64,000 bases of DNA from Candidatus Thiopontia autotrophica. GTDB taxonomy: Bacteria > Pseudomonadota > Gammaproteobacteria > GCF-002020875. The stretch is from the NCBI GenBank assembly GCA_014384675.1, contig JACNFK010000014.1:1213-65212 (forward strand), in the 5' to 3' direction. The notes beneath the pieces were generated by a model. That model saw only the letters and a list, made by a program, of their open reading frames with translations. It made no database searches and had not been told where the DNA came from. This document shows, piece after piece, positions 58,472 to 64,000 of the stretch. Numbering within the stretch: position 1 is the stretch's first letter; every line of letters begins with the position of its first letter. The position numbers were made by a program, and so were the translations under genes.

Positions 58472-59923
58472 TTAAAAACCTGACACCAGCGTCTGCCCAT
58501 AATCTGACAGCTGTTCCAGCACCCTGAGCTTCTCCGGGTTACTGGCGTGGGTCTCTGTCAGCGTGGATAGCTGTCGCATGTACTCCTCGTAATGGATTGT
58601 TCCTCCTCCATCACTATCCATAATTCTGTGTTGGCAGATGCGCCGCCACCGTTGTTGCTCCTGTTCGGTAAGTGAATCTGGCCAGTTGCGGGCACGATAG
58701 CGGAATAGCATCTCCCCAAGGCGCGGATCCTCAAACTGTAGTTTCTGGCTAGCTAGTTCTTGCGGAGAGAGGGAGTGGATCTTGCGCATAAGCTGCTTGT
58801 CGATATCACCAAAGAATCCACTGTAGATCATACGGTCAGGGTCACTCTCTTCCGGAAAGTGATGAAGTTGATGAGCCGCAGCAACCTTCTCTGCAAGATA
58901 TGGGTCGTTCTGTAGGGGGGCTATATGTTCCAGTTGCTGTTGCAGGTCTATTCCGAGTCGCTCTTGCGTCTCTTCATTTAGTGTATTGAGTGGGGCCAGT
59001 ACCGGGCACCTGTTTAGGTGGATGGTTTTTAGCGGGATTCTCTTGACCCCCTCTGGAAGATCGGTACTACGGGTAAATAGACGTTGGTGAATCTCATCAA
59101 TGGATAGCGTGAGCAGGGGAGTGGGATCCTCTCTTAGGTTATAGACAATTACCCCGTTACTATTGGTTGGGTGGCGTGCTATTGGAAGCACTACGGCAAG
59201 ATTGCCATGCTCGGAAGGGAACATTGAGGAGGCATGGAGGATTGGTGTGGGGCTACTACTCATGCTGTTAAGGTTGAGGAGTCTTCCAGCACTTGCCTTG
59301 TCTCTATGAGAAAGTACATATTCGTAGAGTCGTGGCTGTCTCTCTTTCACCAGTCTGGCCATGGCAATGGTGGCATGGACATCTGCCAGTGCATCATGTG
59401 CCATGCCGTGGTCAATGCCATTGGCAATGGTCAAATGCTCCAGTCTCATGCTTGGTTTGCCGTCATCATAGAGTGGCCACTCAATACCGTCTGGACGGAG
59501 TGCCCTGGTGAGGCGGAGCAGATCAATAAGATCCCAGCGTGAGTTACCGTTTTTATACTCGCGCTCATATGGATCGTAGAGGTTTCGATAGAGGGTGTTG
59601 CGGGTCACCTCATCATCAAAGCGCAGTGAGTTGTAACCTACACCACATGTTCCCGGTGTTGCTAGCTCATCCATTATCTCTCTAATGAAGTCTACCTCGA
59701 GCAGCCCTTTTTCAAGCGCCTCCTGTGGGGTGATCCCAGTCACCATGCAGGCCTCTGGTTGGGGAAGAAAGTCTGCGGATGGCCTGCTGTATACCATCAA
59801 GGGGTCACCAACTATATTCAGATCATAGTCGGTACGAATGCCTGCAAATTGAACAGGGCGATCACTGCGTGTATCAGCGCCGAAAGTCTCGTAGTCGTGC
59901 CAGTAGAAAGTTTGTGGAGACAT
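58472..59923 (-). CDS. sbcB: Exodeoxyribonuclease I
   Basis: FYWHDYETFGADTRSDRPVQFAGIRTD is the ExoI DEDDh N-terminus. 483 aa. Confidence 0.9.
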   Translation of the reverse strand: MSPQTFYWHDYETFGADTRSDRPVQFAGIRTDYDLNIVGDPLMVYSRPSADFLPQPEACMVTGITPQEALEKGLLEVDFIREIMDELATPGTCGVGYNSLRFDDEVTRNTLYRNLYDPYEREYKNGNSRWDLIDLLRLTRALRPDGIEWPLYDDGKPSMRLEHLTIANGIDHGMAHDALADVHATIAMARLVKERQPRLYEYVLSHRDKASAGRLLNLNSMSSSPTPILHASSMFPSEHGNLAVVLPIARHPTNSNGVIVYNLREDPTPLLTLSIDEIHQRLFTRSTDLPEGVKRIPLKTIHLNRCPVLAPLNTLNEETQERLGIDLQQQLEHIAPLQNDPYLAEKVAAAHQLHHFPEESDPDRMIYSGFFGDIDKQLMRKIHSLSPQELASQKLQFEDPRLGEMLFRYRARNWPDSLTEQEQQRWRRICQHRIMDSDGGGTIHYEEYMRQLSTLTETHASNPEKLRVLEQLSDYGQTLVSGF

Positions 59924-60114
59924 AATTGTGCGAGGGTAGCAGAACCATGGTTAATCAACCACACTGTCCCATTAAGATTTTCCAGAGGTTCCCTATATTT
60001 TTTCCCAGAAAATAACTCACTATAGGTAAGGCTTTTTCTTGTAATAACTGTTTTTATTGTGTAGACTCCCTGTCGGTTGCATTAAGTTAGTTTATTTGCG
60101 ATATTCTGCAAACA

Positions 60115-60132
60115 AATTGCTAAATAGCAATT
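60115..60132. promoter_or_regulatory. Perfect 18 bp palindrome AATTGCTAAATAGCAATT abutting a TATAAT hexamer upstream of ccoN
   Basis: It has a TTGCT-N4-AGCAA core, reminiscent of but not identical to an FNR/Anr box (TTGAT-N4-ATCAA). TATAAT lies at 60133-60138. Confidence 0.35.
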
Positions 60133-60202
60133 TATAATGTTTTTGGTGGTGCGAAAGCACCTTTTGTTTCTAATTTTTCATGATCCCTTAGGGAGGTTTT
60201 TC

Positions 60203-61597
60203 GTGGAAGCAGCAGAAAAATATGACTTTGGTGCCGTCCGATGGTTCTCCATCGCTGCGGTTATCTATCTGGTTGTAGGAACCCTAGTCGGTTTCTATAT
60301 CGCAGCGGAGTTGGCCTGGCCGGCATTAAACCTGGACCTGCCATATACGACTTTTGGTCGTCTCCGTCCTCTTCATACCAACGCGGTTATCTTTGCATTT
60401 GGTGGTTGTACCTTGATGGCAACCGCCTTCTATAGTGTGCAACGTACCTGTGGCACCAGAATCTGGAGCCCAGGGATGGCATGGTTCACCTTCTGGGGCT
60501 GGAACCTGATCATCGTCTCGGCCGTAATCACTCTGCCACTGGGTATTACTCAGGGCAAGGAGTATGCAGAGCTGGAGTGGCCAATTGATCTGGCCATTGC
60601 CGTGGTCTGGTTGAGCTTCTTCCTCAACTTCGTGATGACTCTGGTGAACAAGAAGACCTCTCATATATATGTATCAAACTGGTTCTTCCTGGGAATGCTG
60701 GTAATGATCACATATCTGCATGTGGTTAACAGCCTGGCAATTCCTGTAAGTCTCTTCAAGTCCTACTCGCTGTTCTCGGGAGTACAGGATGCGATGATTC
60801 AGTGGTGGTGGGGACATAATGCTGTTGGCTTCTACCTGACTGCAGGCTTCCTCGGGATCATGTACTACTTTGTACCAAAGCAGGCTAACCGTCCTATCTA
60901 CTCATACCGGCTCTCCGTGATCCACTTCTGGGCACTGATGTTCGGTTATGTATGGCTTGGTGCGCACCATCTTCAGTATACGGCACTGCCTGACTGGACT
61001 GGTTCACTTGGTGCTGCGGTATCATTGGCGATGATTATCCCTTCGTGGGGTGGTGCGGTGAACGGAATGATGACTCTCTCCGGAGCTTGGGACAAGCTGC
61101 GTGATGACTACATCCTCCGCTTCATGATTGTCTCACTGGCATTCTATGCAATGTCTACTTTTGAAGGGCCAGTAATGTCAGTGAAGACAGTGAATGCACT
61201 CTCTCACTATACAGACTGGACCGTTGGTCACGTACACTCCGGTGCACTGGGCTGGGTTGCAATGGTTGCAGCCGGCGCACTCTACCACCTGGTAGAGAGA
61301 CTCTGGAATGTGAAGATCTACTCACCAAAACTGGTCAACACCCACTTCTGGCTCGCTACCATCGGTACCGTAGTCTACATTACTGCGATGTGGGTATCCG
61401 GAATCATGCAGGGTCTGATGTGGCGTGATTATGATGAGTTCGGAACACTGAGTTATACCTTTGCAGAGTCTGTAGCGGCGATGGTGCCTTACTACAAGAT
61501 GCGTGCAATTGGTGGCCTGATTTTCTGGCTTGGGGGCGTTGTGATGCTTTACAACGTGGTTATGACAATTCGCAAGGCTCCGGCCCGCACAGTCTAA
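60203..61597 (+). CDS. ccoN: cbb3-type cytochrome c oxidase subunit I
   Basis: Heme-copper oxidase helices with conserved His residues ([29 protein letters not shown]). The start is reassigned to the GTG at 60203, downstream of a GGGAGG RBS. The ORF-track ATG at 60137 adds an implausible leader. Confidence 0.9.
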   Translation: MEAAEKYDFGAVRWFSIAAVIYLVVGTLVGFYIAAELAWPALNLDLPYTTFGRLRPLHTNAVIFAFGGCTLMATAFYSVQRTCGTRIWSPGMAWFTFWGWNLIIVSAVITLPLGITQGKEYAELEWPIDLAIAVVWLSFFLNFVMTLVNKKTSHIYVSNWFFLGMLVMITYLHVVNSLAIPVSLFKSYSLFSGVQDAMIQWWWGHNAVGFYLTAGFLGIMYYFVPKQANRPIYSYRLSVIHFWALMFGYVWLGAHHLQYTALPDWTGSLGAAVSLAMIIPSWGGAVNGMMTLSGAWDKLRDDYILRFMIVSLAFYAMSTFEGPVMSVKTVNALSHYTDWTVGHVHSGALGWVAMVAAGALYHLVERLWNVKIYSPKLVNTHFWLATIGTVVYITAMWVSGIMQGLMWRDYDEFGTLSYTFAESVAAMVPYYKMRAIGGLIFWLGGVVMLYNVVMTIRKAPARTV

Positions 61598-61613
61598 GGA
61601 AAGGAGAATAGAT

Positions 61614-62339
61614 ATGTCTGATAAGATTTATTCAACCAAGCTTCAAGACAAGATCGAGCGTAGCGGAATCTTGATGATGCTCTTCGTGATGGTTGCTGTT
61701 TCAGTTGGTGGCCTGGTAGAGATCGTGCCACTTTTCACTATTGATGAGACCATGGAGCACAATGCCAACCCGGAAATCGTCTGGCAGCGTAAGGACGGCG
61801 ATACTCTGGATACATGGAAGGCTGGTGATGGTATCCGTCCATATACTGCTCTTGAGCTGGCAGGGCGTGATGTCTATATCCGTGAGGGGTGCTATCTGTG
61901 TCACTCACAGATGATCCGTCCATTCCGTGATGAGAAGGAGCGTTATGGTCACTACTCACTGGCTTCCGAGTCAATGTATGACCATCCATTCCAGTGGGGA
62001 TCAAAGCGTACCGGACCTGATCTGGCTCGTGTCGGTGGCAAGTACTCTGATGAGTGGCACCGCCAGCATATGATGGCACCACGCTCTGTTGTTCCTGAGT
62101 CAGTCATGCCAAACTATCCTTGGTTGGCAGAGAACAAACTGGATGACTTTGATGTTGAGAGTCATATGAAGGTGATGCAGATGATGCCGGGCGTGGGTCA
62201 CGTACCATATACCGATGCTGATATCGACGGTGCGAATGCCAAGATGGCGGGCAAGACTGAAATGGATGCAGTAATTGCATACCTTCAGGTGCTCGGAACC
62301 ATGGCCAAGCTCGACTACAACAAGACCTATCGCAAATAA
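61614..62339 (+). CDS. ccoO: cbb3-type cytochrome c oxidase subunit II (monoheme)
   Basis: TM anchor plus a [12 protein letters not shown] heme motif. Confidence 0.93.
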   Translation: MSDKIYSTKLQDKIERSGILMMLFVMVAVSVGGLVEIVPLFTIDETMEHNANPEIVWQRKDGDTLDTWKAGDGIRPYTALELAGRDVYIREGCYLCHSQMIRPFRDEKERYGHYSLASESMYDHPFQWGSKRTGPDLARVGGKYSDEWHRQHMMAPRSVVPESVMPNYPWLAENKLDDFDVESHMKVMQMMPGVGHVPYTDADIDGANAKMAGKTEMDAVIAYLQVLGTMAKLDYNKTYRK

Positions 62340-62353
62340 CGGATGTTATTAGC

Positions 62354-62554
62354 ATGAATAAGGATACTAGCTACTTCTTTACCGACTGGTCTGCAATGAC
62401 AGTAAACGATTGGGTGGGAATGATCGTTACTGTGACTGTGGCCGTCGTTATGGTTGTAGCCTATATCCTGGTCTTTCATCCAAAGAACAAAGAGCATTTA
62501 GAATCTCAACGCTATCTCGTTGACGGGGTAGACGGAGAAGGAGAAAACAAATGA
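62354..62554 (+). CDS. ccoQ: cbb3-type cytochrome c oxidase subunit IV
   Basis: 66 aa single-TM protein located between ccoO and ccoP. Confidence 0.7.
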   Translation: MNKDTSYFFTDWSAMTVNDWVGMIVTVTVAVVMVVAYILVFHPKNKEHLESQRYLVDGVDGEGENK

Positions 62555-63468
62555 GTGAGAATAATCCGTTTCCAAACGAAAATAATACAGGTCACTTCTG
62601 GGACGACAACCTGCGTGAACTGAGTAATGATCCTCCGGGCTGGTGGCGCATAGGCTTCCATGCAAGCTGGATATTTTGTATTGTCTATTTTGTCCTCTAT
62701 CCAGCACTTCCATCGCTGGATGGGTATACCAAGGGCACTATGGGTTGGACTGCAGTAGGTGAGTACAAGCAGGATCTGAGCGCAATTGATCAGGTTCGTG
62801 AGAAGTGGGAGAGGCAGATCAATGATCCCGCAACAACTCCTGCGATGATCATCGCTGATGATGAGCTCCGTAACTATACAGTACGTTCTGCAAAGGTACT
62901 GTTCGGTGATTACTGTGCGGCATGTCATGGTGCTGGTGGTGCAGGAAATGCTGCAATGTCAGTATCTGAGTCAGGTTACCCGGTATTGGCTGATGATGAC
63001 TGGCTCTATGGCGGTACTGTCGAGCAGATTCAGACCACTATTAACAATGGTCGCAAGGGTATTATGACCCCTTACGGGGCGCGTCTGAGTAGTGATGAGA
63101 TCGAAGATCTTGCCAAGCACGTTGTTGCCCTTAGTGAGGGCAGTGAACATGCCGCTGGTAAGGCTCTCTTTATGGAGCCAACCAAGGGTGGATGTTTTGC
63201 CTGTCACGGTATGGACGCTAAAGGTCTGGCGCCGCTCGGTTCTGCCAACCTGACAGATGCAGTATGGCGTTTTGATGTGCAGGGAGGTGGGGATAATCGC
63301 CTGGCTAGTGCACGTCATACAATTGCTCACGGTGTTAATGGTGAATTGATGGATCCGCAATCACGCAATGCGGTAATGCCTGCATTCGGACCTTTGGGTA
63401 AAAGCCTGAGCGAGGGCACCATCAAAAAGCTTGCTGTCTATGTCCATCAGTTGGGTGGCGGAAAATAA
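62551..63468 (+). CDS. ccoP: cbb3-type cytochrome c oxidase subunit III (diheme)
   Basis: CAACHGAGGAG and CFACHGMDAKG heme motifs with an N-terminal TM anchor. Confidence 0.9.
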   Translation: MSENNPFPNENNTGHFWDDNLRELSNDPPGWWRIGFHASWIFCIVYFVLYPALPSLDGYTKGTMGWTAVGEYKQDLSAIDQVREKWERQINDPATTPAMIIADDELRNYTVRSAKVLFGDYCAACHGAGGAGNAAMSVSESGYPVLADDDWLYGGTVEQIQTTINNGRKGIMTPYGARLSSDEIEDLAKHVVALSEGSEHAAGKALFMEPTKGGCFACHGMDAKGLAPLGSANLTDAVWRFDVQGGGDNRLASARHTIAHGVNGELMDPQSRNAVMPAFGPLGKSLSEGTIKKLAVYVHQLGGGK

Positions 63469-63480
63469 GGAGAAAACATA

Positions 63481-63633
63481 ATGATTGATATCATAAAGAA
63501 TACATTCTCTGGAGCAGATGTTGATCTGGTAGTGGTGGGTTCAATTGTTTCGGTTGCAATTGCTGCTGTTATCGCCATCTATCTTGGGTTCAAGATTCGG
63601 ACGTTGATGAACTCAACACACTCTGAAGATTGA
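63481..63633 (+). CDS. 50 aa single-TM small protein at the end of the cco operon
   Basis: MIDIIKNTFSGADVDLVVVGSIVSVAIAAVIAIYLGFKIRTLMNSTHSED. A strong AAGGAG RBS lies 8 nt upstream, and a terminator follows. Confidence 0.4.
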   Translation: MIDIIKNTFSGADVDLVVVGSIVSVAIAAVIAIYLGFKIRTLMNSTHSED

Positions 63634-63663
63634 TATATAGATAGAGAGTCTGTCTGTAGAAAA

Positions 63664-63694
63664 GGGGGAGTAGTGTGAGCTACTCCCCTTTTTT
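63664..63694 (+). terminator. Rho-independent terminator ending the ccoNOQP transcript
   Basis: GGGGAGTAG-TGTGAG-CTACTCCCC followed by TTTTTT. Confidence 0.75.
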
Positions 63695-63802
63695 CATATG
63701 TAATAATGGTAAAATCGGCTGATTGGAAATATTATTGAAACAGTCTGCTAATACGATCAATTTGTAATAATAATAAATGTAATAAACAGGAAATATGTTA
63801 GA

Positions 63803-64000
63803 TGTCAGAGAGAGAACAAGATCAATGTTGTCAGGCAGCTGACGAGCTCTATGCCGAGGCTGGTGAGTGGAAGATCAATACTGGTGAAGAGACTATTCAT
63901 GCCAAGCGTATGTCTGGCAAGTTCCGCACCCTTAAATGGCTGGCTGCATCAACCTGGTTGATTTTCTTTTTTGGGCCATATATGCGCTGGAATGATAGCC
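63803..64000 (+). CDS. ccoG: Cytochrome c oxidase accessory protein CcoG (FixG); N-terminal fragment, running off the window end
   Basis: MSEREQDQCC...LYAEAGEWKINTGEETIHAKRMSGKFRTLKWLAASTWLIFFFGPYMRW resembles the CcoG N-terminus, and the gene sits downstream of ccoP. Confidence 0.6.

Overview
This 64 kb window is a gammaproteobacterial chromosome segment (roughly 50% GC by eye) with Pseudomonas-type core synteny: rmuC-gph-ubiG-mtaD, mtnA, gyrA-serC-serA-pheA-hisC-tyrA-[fic insertion]-aroA-cmk-rpsA-ihfB-lapA-lapB, then pyrF and purB. An accessory island of about 26 kb (about 22994-49250) interrupts this core, and its genes appear to share one regulatory logic.

The island starts with a dCache/PAS histidine kinase and a sigma-54 (NtrC-family) response regulator. 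These are translationally coupled to a HemY-like protoporphyrinogen-oxidase-family flavoprotein and a radical SAM/SPASM enzyme carrying PCP_red repeats. Next come a tandem-Usp protein with five PCP_red repeats, a cupredoxin-like secreted protein and an 813 aa HEAT-repeat protein.

A divergent intergenic region then carries two back-to-back sigma-54 promoters (TGGCAY-N5-ATGC) that share three TGAAC-N5-GTTCA palindromes, interpreted here as enhancer (UAS) sites for the sigma-54 regulator. Rightward of it lies an operon of two tiny membrane peptides, an orphan CydA-like (cytochrome bd subunit I-like) protein with no CydB, a diheme cytochrome c, a c5-type cytochrome and a tri-heme membrane cytochrome c. 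A third sigma-54 promoter with the same type of palindromic UAS drives two di-heme cytochrome c peroxidases, a TAT-targeted Rieske protein and an AioA/IdrA-clade molybdopterin subunit carrying the Cys-X2-Cys-X3-Cys 3Fe-4S motif. That gene content matches the iodate reductase IdrP1P2BA signature rather than a classical arsenite oxidase locus. The operon ends at a strong rho-independent terminator.

Other features worth noting are a 1.35 kb fic cassette between tyrA and aroA flanked by 28 bp direct repeats, and a 215 bp element with perfect 25 bp terminal inverted repeats between the Usp and radical SAM genes. There is also a ubiT-radical SAM(TIGR01212)-ubiH-like-ubiU-ubiV ubiquinone cluster, a cobalamin riboswitch upstream of bluB beside a truncated MBL-fold gene, and the ccoNOQP cluster with the start of ccoG. 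No rRNA, tRNA or CRISPR array was seen. Every assignment rests on reading the translated ORFs and the DNA by eye; no database search was run.
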